Origin: Actinopolymorphaceae bacterium
Lineage (GTDB): Bacteria > Actinomycetota > Actinomycetes > Propionibacteriales > DAIQRJ01
Direction of reading: 5' to 3'
Length of the DNA: 64,000 bases
NCBI GenBank assembly: GCA_036786375.1
Contig: DAIQRJ010000003.1
Location: forward strand, 75,932-139,931
The notes below the pieces were generated by a model. It saw only the letters and a program-made list of their open reading frames with translations, ran no database searches and was not told the DNA's origin. A program made the translations under genes and the position numbers. Below, one piece after another: positions 39,857-50,200 of this stretch; positions within the stretch are counted from its first letter, which is position 1, and every line of letters begins with the position of its first letter.

Positions 39857-41105
39857 TGGGATTCATCGAGCGCGGCCATGCCGCGTACCGCGCGGCGAGG
39901 TTCACCAATGCGGCGAACCGGTTGCGCCCACCGAGCAGCAGGACGATGTGCAGTCCCAGCCAGGCCAGCCATGCGAGCGTGCCGGTGAGGCGTGGACCGT
40001 GGGCGATGTCGGCAACCGCCGCACGCCGTCCGATCGTCGCCATCGTGCCCTTGTCCTTGTAGTGGAACGGCAGTTTCGGTTGCCCGATCAGCTCGCGGCG
40101 GATCTGGATCGCCGAGTGCCGGCCGGTCTGGATCGCCGGTTGCGCAAGCTGCGGCACCTGCTCGGACGGGTCCTTCGCGATCGACACATCGCCGGTTGCG
40201 TACACCCCGGGCAGTCCCTCGACTTCGAGGTTCTCATCGACCAGGACGCGCCCGCCACGCCCTCGCGGCAGGCCCCAGTCGGCGAGCGTCGTGTCGATCG
40301 CGACGCCGGCCGCCCAGATGACGACGTTCGCGGGCAGGAACGTGCCGTCGCCGATCACCACACCGTCCTCACGGACTTCCTTCACCGCGGTGTCCGTGCG
40401 CACCTCGACGCCGCGGCGCAGCAACTGCTTGCGCGCATAGCGGCGGAGCTTCGGGACGAACGCGGTGAGCAGATCAGGTCCCTGCTCGATCAGCACCACC
40501 GACGTCTCGGTGTTCGTCAGCTCGGGGAAGGCAGTGCCCTCGGCCACCCGCAGCTCGGCGAGCGCGCCGGCCATCTCGACGCCGGTCGCGCCGCCGCCCA
40601 CGACGACGAGGCGGAGGAAATCCGGGTGGGGGTCCTGCGCGACCGCCTTCTCGAGACCGCCGAAGACGCCGTCACGGAGCTTGAGCGCCTCACCGCGGCT
40701 GTACAGCGGGAACGAGTGCTCGCGTGCGCCCGGAACGCCGAAGTAGTTCGTCGTCGCGCCGTTGGCGAGGATCAGGTAGTCGTAGTCGAGGACGCGGTCG
40801 TCGTCGAGCGTGAGCTTCTTCGTCGCGGTGTCGAGGCCGACGACCTTGCCGCGGACGAGCTTCTCGTTGCGGGCCCGGGCGGTGATCGACCGGAGCGGGT
40901 AGATGACGTCGCCGGGATTCAGACCGCCGGTGGCGACCTGGTAGAGCAGCGGCTGGAACGTCGAGTACGGGTGCTGGTCGACGACGGTGACGAAGGCGTG
41001 GGTGTTCGCCAGCTCGCGCGCGGCGGCCACCCCGGCGAACCCGCCGCCGAGGATGACGACCGAGGGACGGTCGTCGCCGCGGAGCTCACGTCCGGTCATG
41101 GCCAC
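39843..41105 (-). CDS. ndh: type II NADH dehydrogenase (NDH-2)
   Basis: 420 aa with two dinucleotide-binding motifs (VVILGGGFAGVAAA and VVVGGGATGVEMAGAL) and a C-terminal amphipathic/membrane segment. Confidence 0.88.
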   Translation of the reverse strand: MAMTGRELRGDDRPSVVILGGGFAGVAAARELANTHAFVTVVDQHPYSTFQPLLYQVATGGLNPGDVIYPLRSITARARNEKLVRGKVVGLDTATKKLTLDDDRVLDYDYLILANGATTNYFGVPGAREHSFPLYSRGEALKLRDGVFGGLEKAVAQDPHPDFLRLVVVGGGATGVEMAGALAELRVAEGTAFPELTNTETSVVLIEQGPDLLTAFVPKLRRYARKQLLRRGVEVRTDTAVKEVREDGVVIGDGTFLPANVVIWAAGVAIDTTLADWGLPRGRGGRVLVDENLEVEGLPGVYATGDVSIAKDPSEQVPQLAQPAIQTGRHSAIQIRRELIGQPKLPFHYKDKGTMATIGRRAAVADIAHGPRLTGTLAWLAWLGLHIVLLLGGRNRFAALVNLAARYAAWPRSMNPIIGD

Positions 41106-41163
41106 AGCTTGTCAGGTGCCCGGGCGGGGGTGGAAGCGGAGCGACCGGGGGACCCGGGCCAGA

Positions 41164-42357
41164 ATGGCAGCCGTGAGCGCACCCACCAGAGCAGCAGCCC
41201 GACTGTCCGGCCTGGGCACGACGATCTTCGCGGAGATGTCGGCGCTCGCGCTGGCCACCGGGTCGGTCAACCTCGGCCAGGGCTTCCCCGACACCGACGG
41301 CCCGGACGTCGTCCTCGACGCCGCGGTCGAGGCCATCCGGTCGGGTCAGAACCAGTACCCGCCCGGCATCGGCATTCCGGCTCTGCGGCACGCGGTGAGC
41401 GACCATCAGCAGCGCTTCTACGGACTGAGCTACGACCCCGACACCGAGGTCCTCGTCACCACCGGCGCCACCGAGGCGATCGCGGCGGCCCTGCTCGCCC
41501 TGGTCGACCCGGGCGACGAGGTGATCGCGATGGAGCCCTACTACGACTCCTACGGCGCCTGCATCGCGATGGCCGGCGGGACCCGGGTCCCGATCACCTT
41601 GCGCGCACCGGACTTCCGGCTCGACGTCGACGGTCTGCGTGCCGCGGTCACGCCGAAGACGAAGCTGATGCTGATCAACACCCCGCACAACCCGACCGGG
41701 ACGGTCCTGACGCGTGACGAGCTGACCGCCGTCGCGGAGCTCGCGATCGAGCACGACCTGCTCGTCGTCACCGACGAGGTCTACGAGCACCTCACCTACG
41801 ACGACGCCATGCATATCCCGCTGGCGAGCTTGCCGGGGATGCGCGAGCGGACGGTGACCATCTCGAGCTCCGGCAAGACGTTCTCGCTGACGGGCTGGAA
41901 GATCGGCTGGGTCTGCGCGACCCCGGAGCTCGTCCGCACGGTGATGATGGCCAAGCAGTTCCTCACCTACGTCTCCGGTGCGCCGTTCCAGCCCGCGATC
42001 GCCACCGCGCTCGCCCTGCCCGACAGCTACTACCGCGGCTTCACCGCCGAGATGCAGGGCAAGCGCGACATCCTCTGCGACGGGCTTGCCGGGCTGGGCT
42101 TCGACGTCATGCGGTCGTCCGGCACGTACTTCGCCACCACCGATGTCCGGTCCCTCGGCTTCGACGACGGCGTCGAGTTCTGCCGTGCGCTTCCGGCCGC
42201 CTGCGGGGTGGTGGCGATCCCGCATCAGGTGTTCTACGACCACGTCGAGGTCGGGAAGCCGCTGGTGCGGTGGGCGTTCTGCAAGAAGCCGTCGACGCTC
42301 GAGACCGCGCTGAGCCGGCTGGCCGACGGGTTGCCGGCGATGCGTCGCGCGGGCTAG
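41164..42357 (+). CDS. class I/II PLP-dependent aminotransferase
   Basis: About 397 aa from ATG 41164. Contains LGQGFPD, NTPHNPTG and the PLP-lysine motif SSSGKTFSLTGWKIGW. Its TAG stop shares the palindrome CTAG (42354-42357) with the convergent MFS gene. Confidence 0.85.
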   Translation: MAAVSAPTRAAARLSGLGTTIFAEMSALALATGSVNLGQGFPDTDGPDVVLDAAVEAIRSGQNQYPPGIGIPALRHAVSDHQQRFYGLSYDPDTEVLVTTGATEAIAAALLALVDPGDEVIAMEPYYDSYGACIAMAGGTRVPITLRAPDFRLDVDGLRAAVTPKTKLMLINTPHNPTGTVLTRDELTAVAELAIEHDLLVVTDEVYEHLTYDDAMHIPLASLPGMRERTVTISSSGKTFSLTGWKIGWVCATPELVRTVMMAKQFLTYVSGAPFQPAIATALALPDSYYRGFTAEMQGKRDILCDGLAGLGFDVMRSSGTYFATTDVRSLGFDDGVEFCRALPAACGVVAIPHQVFYDHVEVGKPLVRWAFCKKPSTLETALSRLADGLPAMRRAG

Positions 42358-43985
42358 AGCGCCGGCTCGGGCTGCGGCTCGGTCGCCTGCTCCGCCGCGC
42401 CGCTGTGCACGGCGGCGCGGTTCTTGTCAGTGCCGATCAGCACGACCGTGATCACCGTGGCCACCGCGCAGGCGAGCGCACCGACGATCAGCACGCTGTT
42501 GAGCCCCGACGCGGTCGCGCCCCGGGCGATGTGGGCCAGCGCCGCACGCATCGGCTCGGGCACCGCGGCGGTCACCTTGGTACCCGCACCGGACGCGATC
42601 GCGTCGGCCAGCTTGGAAATCTGCGTCGGCGTCGCCTGCCCGGCCAGGTCGGACGTCGCGGCCGAGCCGGTGCGGTTCGTGAAGATCGCGCCCAGGGCGG
42701 CGACCCCGACGGCCACCCCGACCTGGCGCAGCGTGTTGACGGTGCCGGTCGCCATCCCCGCACGGTTGGCCTCGACGGAGTTGAGCGCGGCGCTCGACAC
42801 CACCGCACTCGAGACGCCCATTCCCAGCCCGGCCACGACGAAGCCGGCGATGAGGACGGTCCAGCTCGAGTCGGCGTCCAGCCGGGCAGTGAGGGCGAGG
42901 CCGATCGCGACGAGCGCCAGTCCGCCTCCGATCGGGACGACCATCGGCAGCTTCGAGGCGTACCTCGCCGCGATGGGGGCGGCGACGAACGAGGCGACGG
43001 TGAGCGGCAGGAACCGCAGACCGGCCTGGAAGGGTGCGTAGCCCAGCGTGTTCAGCGCGTAGAGCGCGAGGTAGGACGTCGACGCGACCACGGTGGCGGC
43101 GACTGCGAAGGCGGCCAGCCCGACTCCGACGAACGAGCGCCGCTTGAACAGGCTCAGGTCGAGCATCGGGTCCTCGACGACGTTCTCGATGACGATCAAC
43201 GCGGCCAGCAGTGCGGCCGCGGCGACGAACAGCGCGATCACGTGGGTGACCGTCCAGCCGTCGGCGGCACCACGGATCAGCCCGAGGACCAGCGTGAGCA
43301 GGGCGAGCGACAGGGTGGCGGTGCCGTACCAGTCGGCGCGCCGTGGTGCGGTGCTGCGGGACTCTCCGACCAGCCGGATGGTGGCGATCAACGCGACGAT
43401 GCCGATCGGGACGTTGATCAGGAAGATCCACCGCCAGCCGGGACCGTCGACGAGTGCGCCGCCGACCAGCGGGCCGACCGCGGTTGCCGCGCCGAGGGTG
43501 GCGCCGAACGCGCCGATGGCGCCAGCGCGGCGGCGGGGATCGGGGTAGGCCGCACCGATCAGCGGCATCACCGTGCCGAACAGCATGGCCGCGCCGATGC
43601 CCTGGAACGCGCGTGTGACGTCGAGGGCGAGCGCCGAGCCGGACAGCGCGCATGCCAGCGAGCCGAGGGTGAATATCGCCAGGCCGACGGCGAACACGCG
43701 TTTGCGACCGAGCCGGTCACCGATGGTGGCGGCGGTGAGCAGAAGCCCGGCCAGCGGCAGCGTGTAGGCGTCGATGACCCACTCCAGGCTCGACAGGCTG
43801 GCACCGAACTCGGTCTGGATGTTGCCGAGTGCGACCGAGACGATGGTCAGGTCGAGCAGCAGCATGAAGACGGCCGTGCAGACGAGGATGAGCGTCCAGG
43901 TCGGGTTGTGCAGTCGCGGCGCCGCATGCCTCGCCGCCGGGGCGGTGCGGGCAGGCGGACGTGTCGGTGTGGAGGTCGCGGTCAC
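42354..43985 (-). CDS. MFS transporter, DHA2 (EmrB/QacA, 14-TMS) family
   Basis: 543 aa with about 14 hydrophobic segments. The MFS motif A-like sequence is GDRLGRKRVF. It is divergent from a TetR regulator. Confidence 0.88.
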   Translation of the reverse strand: MTATSTPTRPPARTAPAARHAAPRLHNPTWTLILVCTAVFMLLLDLTIVSVALGNIQTEFGASLSSLEWVIDAYTLPLAGLLLTAATIGDRLGRKRVFAVGLAIFTLGSLACALSGSALALDVTRAFQGIGAAMLFGTVMPLIGAAYPDPRRRAGAIGAFGATLGAATAVGPLVGGALVDGPGWRWIFLINVPIGIVALIATIRLVGESRSTAPRRADWYGTATLSLALLTLVLGLIRGAADGWTVTHVIALFVAAAALLAALIVIENVVEDPMLDLSLFKRRSFVGVGLAAFAVAATVVASTSYLALYALNTLGYAPFQAGLRFLPLTVASFVAAPIAARYASKLPMVVPIGGGLALVAIGLALTARLDADSSWTVLIAGFVVAGLGMGVSSAVVSSAALNSVEANRAGMATGTVNTLRQVGVAVGVAALGAIFTNRTGSAATSDLAGQATPTQISKLADAIASGAGTKVTAAVPEPMRAALAHIARGATASGLNSVLIVGALACAVATVITVVLIGTDKNRAAVHSGAAEQATEPQPEPAL

Positions 43986-44002
43986 GGCGATAAGATAACA
44001 GT

Positions 44003-44014
44003 TGTAGCACTACA
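44003..44014. promoter_or_regulatory. candidate TetR operator in the MFS/TetR divergent spacer
   Basis: The palindrome TGTAG-CA-CTACA lies in a 76-bp AT-richer spacer (gataagataacagttgtagcactacacatgtcaagag). Confidence 0.4.
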
Positions 44015-44061
44015 CATGTCAAGAGATGATTCTGCGACCCGGCTCGACTAGATTCGGACGC

Positions 44062-44670
44062 ATGCCCACCGCAACCCGCCGCCGATCGCCCGCCCGCCGT
44101 GGCCAGGGCGACCAACTCCGCGAGGAGATCGTCGCCGCCGCGTTCCGGTTGCTCGAGGCGACGGGCGACGCCGCCGAAGTGTCGCTGCGAGCGGTCGCCC
44201 GCGAGGTCGGGGTCACACCGACATCGATCTACCTGCACTTCGACGACATCGACGCCCTCGTCGGCGTGGTCAAGCAACGCCTGTTCGCCGACCTCGGCGA
44301 AGCGATGGAGTCGTCGATCCCCGAGGGCGCCGACGCCGTCGAGGTCGTGCGCAGCAGCTCACACGCCTACGCCAGGTTCGCCTTCGAGCACGCGGGTGTC
44401 TACCGGGCGCTGTTCACCTCGCGCCATCTCGCCGTGCCGAAGGCGTCCAGCGAGACGTTCCTCGGTGAGAACACGTTCCGCCAGACGCAGGCGCACGTCG
44501 CTGCGGCGATCGGGGCCGACCCGGCATCGGCCGACGCGTCGATGCTGGCCATGCATCTGTGGACGTCGCTGCACGGGATGATCACGCTGCGCACCCTGCA
44601 CGGGAAGTTCCCCTGGCCCGCCATCGACGTGCAGGTGGACGATCTCGTGGAGCGCCTGTTCCGGCCATGA
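44062..44670 (+). CDS. TetR/AcrR family transcriptional regulator
   Basis: 202 aa from ATG 44062. The HTH region is EVSLRAVAREVGVTPTSIYLHFDD. Confidence 0.88.
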   Translation: MPTATRRRSPARRGQGDQLREEIVAAAFRLLEATGDAAEVSLRAVAREVGVTPTSIYLHFDDIDALVGVVKQRLFADLGEAMESSIPEGADAVEVVRSSSHAYARFAFEHAGVYRALFTSRHLAVPKASSETFLGENTFRQTQAHVAAAIGADPASADASMLAMHLWTSLHGMITLRTLHGKFPWPAIDVQVDDLVERLFRP

Positions 44671-44829
44671 CCTCCGGACCATCACCGGCCGACACCGCAA
44701 CGCAACGACACACAATGGTTGCCACCGGCTGTCTCACGTCCGGATACTTCTGCCGTGACGACGACGGGTGACAGCGGCGGCCGCTCCGACGGGAGCCGGC
44801 CGGGCTCCGGCCACGACGCGACGGCGCCG

Positions 44830-45012
44830 CCTGGCTGGTCTTCGCGGTCCGGTCGCCGGTGGCCTACGTCGGCGCGGCGATCCTGCTGTGTGCTGCCTTC
44901 CTGGGCCGGGTGGGGTTGCGCCGGCGCACCCTGGTGGGCCGCGGTCGGGCACGACTCGCGGCTGGCCACGTTGGGGCACGAGTTCGGCCACTTCTCCAAC
45001 GGGGACTCGACG
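44830..45012 (+). pseudogene. fragment of an HExxH (M48-like) membrane metalloprotease
   Basis: A TM-like segment (VAYVGAAILLCAAFLG, frame 0) is followed in another frame by SRLATLGHEFGHFSNGDSTH. About 60 codons remain in total, with no start and no C-terminal part. Confidence 0.4.
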
Positions 45013-45014
45013 CA

Positions 45015-45268
45015 TCAGGTCGACCGTGCTCGGCGTTGCCTGCTTGACGATCCGGCCGAACACCGAACCCCCGATCACGATCACCGACGGCACGAATCAG
45101 CTGGTGAGCCCGGAATCGCTGCCCGTGGCGCTGGCCGGCGTGCTGCGGGATCCGACGGCCGCGCGGTCGCCCGCGCTGTGGGACGGGCACGCCGGTGAGC
45201 GGATCGCCGACGTGATCACGGCCTGGTCGTCGGGATGCGTCTCAGCCCAGCGTCACCGGGCTCAGTGA
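45015..45268 (+). pseudogene. C-terminal fragment of a UDP-N-acetylglucosamine 2-epimerase-like gene
   Basis: Only LGVACLTIRPNTEPPITITDGTNQLVSPESLPVALAGVLRD...WDGHAGERIADVI is present. It resembles the last ~75 aa of WecB/MnaA enzymes (from memory). The tail overlaps the end of the GH116-like gene. Confidence 0.5.
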
Positions 45269-47788
45269 CACCGTCACCTTGTCACCGGCGTGCAGCTGCC
45301 GCCGATCGCCGACCGCGGCACCGATGCCGGTGATCGTCAACGAGGACAGCGAAAGCGAGCCTTCGGCCACCTCGACGATGGCGGACGCGCCGGCCTCGTC
45401 GACGACGCAGGTTCCCCACGCGTCGCCGGTGGAGAAGACGTGCCGGCGACGACCGCGGTCGCTGCCGAACGTCAGCGCGCCACTTCGCCCGTCGTAGTCG
45501 AAGCCGGAGCAGGTCAGGATCAACGCCCAGCTCGCCATCGCCCGGGCATAGTGGTGTCCGCACTCGGCTTCGTTCCACGGGCTTCGCCTGTAGCCGTCGT
45601 AGCGCTCGCGGATGTCGCGGACGATCGCGAGTGCCGCGACCTCGTCGCCCTCGTAGCCGAGCCCGGCGGCCAGGGTGTACTCGAACCCGGTCATCACCTC
45701 GGTGAAGTAGGAGAACGGCCGGCCCGGGCGCTCGCCGTGCGGGTAACTCGCCATCAGGACAGCGGTCTCATCACCCAGCACGTAGGAGCGCATGACGTTG
45801 TTGTGGTCGTAGAAGCCGCTGCGGCGGTTGTGCCGGACGACGTTGGTCAGCGTGGTGTGCACCTTCGCCGGGTCGTGCAGGTGGCCCAATCCCCCTACGT
45901 GGGCGAGGAACTGACCGACGAGCTGGTCGATGAGGCAGCCCGAGCCGAGCTGCATCTGCGGTTCCCCGGGCTTGTCCGACGTCCCGTCCAGCACAAGCCC
46001 CTCGGCGGCGCGGGTGGCCGGGACGATGTGGTGCTCGTAGTACTCCCCGTTGAACAGGTGGTCGTCCATCCAGGCCCGGCCGAACGTGAACAACGCCCTG
46101 CAGCGTTCGGCGAACTCGGTGTCGCCCTCGTGCTCGGCCATTTCCGCACCGGCCCGCAGCGCGGCCAGGTACCAGCCCTGCATCTGCGGGTTCGGGCCGT
46201 GGTACTCGACGTCCATCGTGTTGTGCTGGACGCCTTCCATCACCCCGTCGCCGTCGCCGTCCCAGCCGTCGGGGATCCAGCAGAACGCGAGCGCGGCGCG
46301 TGCCGCCGGCCAGAGATCTGCCAGCATCGTGTCGTCGCCGGAAAACCGCCAATCCCTGTACAACTTGACGATGCAGCCCATCTGCCCGTCGGCGGCGGCG
46401 TAGTGCCACTCCTGTGCGCGATCGGCCAGCGGAAGGCCGACCCGGAAGGTCATGAAGCCGTTCGCGTCGGTGCCGTGGCCGAACTCCACCTCGCGCATCG
46501 AGCGGGACAGGGAGCCGAACAGCAGCGGTGTCGCCTGCTCGTAGTTCCACACGTGCGTACAGGTTCCGTGACACCAGCCGTCGTCGTCCTTGCAGCCCTC
46601 CCAGGCGAAGAAGCGGCCGTCCTCGGTGCGGAAGCAGGTCTGGGTTCGCAGCGTGCTGACATTCGCGAGCGCCGCTTCGACGACCTCGGCGGGCAGGTCC
46701 GCGGAGGTGATCGCCGTCGTGAACGCGAGCGTCCGGGCACGCAACGCGGGCAGTTGCGGGGCGATGTCCGCCGCGACCGCCCAGGCGTCGTCCCACAACG
46801 TGGCGTAGTAGTTGCCCACCCGTACGGGGTTCTCGACACTGCCGGCCCAGCCGAGCCGGTTCGGGAACCGCCAGGTGATCAGCACGCTGATACTCGTGCT
46901 CTCGCCGGGTGCCAGCGAGCGCTTCTCGCAGATCGACGCGACCGGGCGGTCGGGCTGGCCGGTCCGCTCGCCGAGCAGTCCGTCGGCGAGGAGATCGTCG
47001 GCGAAGTCGAGCTTGCTGCTCCCCCAACGGTCCGGCGTCCAGGACGTGCGCTTGCTGAGGTTGTGGGCATCCAGGACGGAGATGGCGATCGAGCCGTGGT
47101 CCTCGTGGGTGTCGTCGCCGCCACCGAGCAGCAGCACACCGTCGACGGCGGCGCCGTGCCGCATCTCGTTGTAGTTGCCCCTGGGTGCGGTGTCCGGATG
47201 CCGGCGCATCGCCCCGATCACGTTGCGCATGCTCGCGGCGAGGCTCACCTCGAGGATGTCGGTGCCGACGTTGGTCAGGGTGCTGGTGAGCACCATCGCC
47301 GGCCAGCCGGACGCCTCGGCGTCGGTGGGGACGAACGGGTTCCACGCCTCGACCGTCGCCTGGACCGGGAAGTTCTCGTCGCACAACTCGACCCGGCCGA
47401 ATGGATAGGTGGCGGCGAACTCGGCGTGCCGGAACTTGGGCATCCCGTGCTCGGCGATCTGCGCACCGTCCTGGCCCTCGTAGAAGACGGTGTCGAGCGG
47501 CCCTTGCAGAGCCTTGAACGCGGCCGGGGTGTTCGGGCCGGCGACCCGCACGACGAGGCTGGCCACGTCCGGGACGAAGCCCTTGGCGGGCCGGTTGGCG
47601 ATCTCGACGTCGCGGAGCGCGCCGCTGCCGGTGAAGGAGATCGTGCCGGTGCCGATACCGCCGACCGGGAGCGCGATCCGACGCAGGTGGCCGGCGTCGT
47701 AGCGGCGGATCACCGGCCAGTCCGGTGCCGGGAACGCGGCCGGGGACGTGCTGGCGGGCCTGGTCGGGGACTGTGTCGTCACGGGCAC
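45242..47788 (-). CDS. GH116-like (GBA2-type) glycoside hydrolase
   Basis: 848 aa. The N-terminal beta-sandwich carries LPVGGIGTGTISF. The central/C-terminal (alpha/alpha)6-type region carries GTCTHVWNYEQATPLLFGSLSRSMREVEF. The family call is from memory. Confidence 0.7.
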   Translation of the reverse strand: MPVTTQSPTRPASTSPAAFPAPDWPVIRRYDAGHLRRIALPVGGIGTGTISFTGSGALRDVEIANRPAKGFVPDVASLVVRVAGPNTPAAFKALQGPLDTVFYEGQDGAQIAEHGMPKFRHAEFAATYPFGRVELCDENFPVQATVEAWNPFVPTDAEASGWPAMVLTSTLTNVGTDILEVSLAASMRNVIGAMRRHPDTAPRGNYNEMRHGAAVDGVLLLGGGDDTHEDHGSIAISVLDAHNLSKRTSWTPDRWGSSKLDFADDLLADGLLGERTGQPDRPVASICEKRSLAPGESTSISVLITWRFPNRLGWAGSVENPVRVGNYYATLWDDAWAVAADIAPQLPALRARTLAFTTAITSADLPAEVVEAALANVSTLRTQTCFRTEDGRFFAWEGCKDDDGWCHGTCTHVWNYEQATPLLFGSLSRSMREVEFGHGTDANGFMTFRVGLPLADRAQEWHYAAADGQMGCIVKLYRDWRFSGDDTMLADLWPAARAALAFCWIPDGWDGDGDGVMEGVQHNTMDVEYHGPNPQMQGWYLAALRAGAEMAEHEGDTEFAERCRALFTFGRAWMDDHLFNGEYYEHHIVPATRAAEGLVLDGTSDKPGEPQMQLGSGCLIDQLVGQFLAHVGGLGHLHDPAKVHTTLTNVVRHNRRSGFYDHNNVMRSYVLGDETAVLMASYPHGERPGRPFSYFTEVMTGFEYTLAAGLGYEGDEVAALAIVRDIRERYDGYRRSPWNEAECGHHYARAMASWALILTCSGFDYDGRSGALTFGSDRGRRRHVFSTGDAWGTCVVDEAGASAIVEVAEGSLSLSSLTITGIGAAVGDRRQLHAGDKVTVSLSPVTLG

Positions 47789-47896
47789 CAGCCAAGCAGT
47801 CCGCGGCGGGCGGCACGGACGGGTGCCCGGCCGGTTCCGGTCGGACCGTGGGCTCCGCCCAACGGAGCGAGGTTCACCGCGTCCCGTTGAGCGGCG

Positions 47897-48180
47897 TCAT
47901 CGCCTTTCGGGCGGGGGCGCGACGGTGCGGTTGAGTCCGAAGGTGTCCACTCCGCTGACCACGACGCAGGCGTGACCCGGGAAGAGCGGAGGCCCGTCCT
48001 GATCGAGAATGTCGACGAACGGCACGGTATAGCGTGCGGAGAGACCGAGCCGGCGTTTGGTCGATCGAGTGGCACTCGAGTGGTGCAGCATCCGCTCGTT
48101 GAGATGAAGAACTCACCCGGGCGTAGCACCATGTCCACCGCGGTCGTGTCGTCGACGAGGGTCGGATCCGCCTCCTCTCC
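47897..48180 (-). pseudogene. C-terminal fragment of a PhyH-type dioxygenase
   Basis: Track ORF 47897..48091 (MLHHSSATRSTKRRLGLSARYTVPFVDILD) continues from VDMVLRPGEFFIS in a different frame (track ORF 47779..48222). The N-terminal two thirds are absent. Confidence 0.4.
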
Positions 48181-48189
48181 GAATGCTGT

Positions 48190-49204
48190 CCGAGCACCAC
48201 ACCGACCGGCTCGTGCGCACACTGCTGCGCCAGGACGCCTCCGTCGTAGGACTTCGCCTGGACGACCCCGACGATCTGGTTTCCGCGGCCACGATCAGCG
48301 CGAGCAGCACCCGCACCCGGATCGAGCAGGAAACGGCGACCGACCGGTGGGATCTCGACGCCGACCTCGGCATCGTCATACCCGTCGATCCGGAGCTGGC
48401 CACCGTCGATTTCCTGGTCGATGCCCGTAGCGGGACCGAATTGGCGGTCGAGGTGTACGACCCGGTGGTCGGCCAGAACTACGTGCCGGAGCGGTTCGTG
48501 ACCGCCGACGCGGTCCAGCTGGCCGCGGGTGACAAGCAGTGGGTGCGGCTGAGGCTGCCGTTCGCACCCGAGGAATCAGGGAACGCGTTCGTCCTCGTTC
48601 GAGCGAACGCCGACGTGTCGGTGTACGTGAGCGACGAGCCCTTGCCGGGAGTGCTGTGTTTCTTGCGAGTTCCGTTGCCCGACGACGCTCAAGAGCCCTC
48701 GCGCGAGTGGTCGGCGCGGTCGTTGAGCCGGCAGAGCGTGTGCCTGCGGGTGGCGCCGGAGACGGCCGCCTTCGCACCGGCCGAGGTCGCGGACGGAGTT
48801 TCGCGGCCGTTCGCGGGCCCGCACGAGTGGGTGTCGGATCCATCGGCCCCCAGGTCCCGCCACCCTCACCGTGGACCTGGGCTGAGGCGGTGACCATCGC
48901 CCAGCTGGATCTGACGTTCAACGACGACGTCAACGAGGACCTGATCAACCTGCACCACCACCGGACACCGTTCGAAGTCATGCCGAGCCTCGTCCAGAAT
49001 TACCGGATGCAAGCGCGAACAGACGGTGCCTGGGTCGATCTGATGGCGGTGGACTCCAACCGGACCCGGCACCACCGGCACGTCCTCGCGCAGGCCGTGC
49101 ACACCGATGCCGTCCGGTTGATAGTCGACGCGACCAATGGCGATCCGAGTGCGCGCGTCATGTCGGTCCGCGCCTACCAGGAGCCGACGACGTGGGTTCA
49201 GTGA
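48190..49204 (+). pseudogene. 3' portion of a larger gene (tail of a large FAD-dependent-oxidoreductase-like protein), frameshifted
   Basis: There is no N-terminal catalytic domain. The reading frame changes twice within 48845-48885: WVSDPSAP, then PGPATLTVDLG, then EAVTIAQLDLTFNDDVNEDLINLHHHRTPFEV. A C5 run lies at the first switch. The family assignment is tentative and from memory. Confidence 0.45.
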
Positions 49205-49262
49205 TGCACGGGCGGGGCCAGCTTGATGCGGTGGACCGACCACGCCAGTCAGCGTTCGTGGC

Positions 49263-50095
49263 ATGACCGAGAACACCGTGACGCGCACGAACTGGGACGT
49301 CATCGTCGTCGGAGGTGGCCCGGCCGGTGAGAACGCGGCGCAGTACGCGGCGCAGTTCTCCGGGCTCGGTGCGGCCATTGTCGAGGCCGAGCTCGTCGGC
49401 GGCGAATGCTCCTACTGGGCGTGCATGCCGAGCAAGGGTCTGCTGCTGCCGGTCGAGCTGCTTGATCAGGCACGGCACGTCCGCGGAGCGGCCGAGGCCG
49501 TCGGGTCCGCTCGGGTCGACGTGGCTGCCGTGCTGGCCCGGCGGGACAGGATCGTGTCGAACCTCGACGACACGTCGCAGGTGAGCTGGGCGACCGGCGC
49601 GGGCATCGACGTCATCCGCGGGCGCGGGCGGCTGGCGGGGCCGAAGACGGTCGTCGTCACCGCAGCTGACGGTACGGAGACGACGCTCACGGCGAACCAG
49701 GCGGTCGTTCTCGCCAATGGGACCACCGCGGCGGTGCCCCCGCTGCCAGGGATGCGTGAGGCGCGGCCGTGGATCTCCCGGGACGTGACGAACATCCACG
49801 AGGTCCCCCGTCGGGTCGTCGTCGTCGGTGGTGGCGTGGTGGCATGCGAAGCGGCGACCTGGCTGCACGGGCTGGGTGTGGAGGAGCTGACGATCGTCCA
49901 GCCCGGTGAGCTGCCGGTGAGTCGTAACGAGCCGTTCGTGAGCTCGATCCTGGTGAAGTCGTTCACCGATGCCGGGGTGACCGTGAAGCTGGGACGGCGG
50001 GTCGAGTCGGTGTCACGTCCGTCGGTGAACGCGGCCGGACCGGGTTCATCCATGGCGGCGAGGTGAGTGTGACCCTCGACGACGGGTCAAAGACT
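49263..50095 (+). pseudogene. 5' portion of a class I pyridine nucleotide-disulfide oxidoreductase (Lpd/Mtr-like)
   Basis: Contains the FAD motif VIVVGGGPAGENAA, the redox CxxxxC in GGECSYWACMPSK and the NAD motif VVVVGGGVVACEAA. The frame changes near 50040 (IHGGEVSVTLDDGS is in another frame). The sequence ends after about 280 of an expected ~470 aa, with no dimerisation domain. Confidence 0.6.
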
Positions 50096-50116
50096 GACCA
50101 CCCGGCCCGGCCGCCT

Positions 50117-50200
50117 GGTAACCCCGTAGCGACGCCGGTAACAGCGCGACCGTCGTCGTAACCCCAAGCACGGCTATACGACGACAGTCGTGGGGTTACC
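50117..50200. repeat. 84-bp element with 9-bp terminal inverted repeats and an internal 9-bp hairpin
   Basis: GGTAACCCC (50117-50125) is the inverted complement of GGGGTTACC (50192-50200). An inner stem pairs gtcgtcgta (50152-50160) with tacgacgac (50177-50185). GTAACCCC recurs at 50158-50165. Confidence 0.55.
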
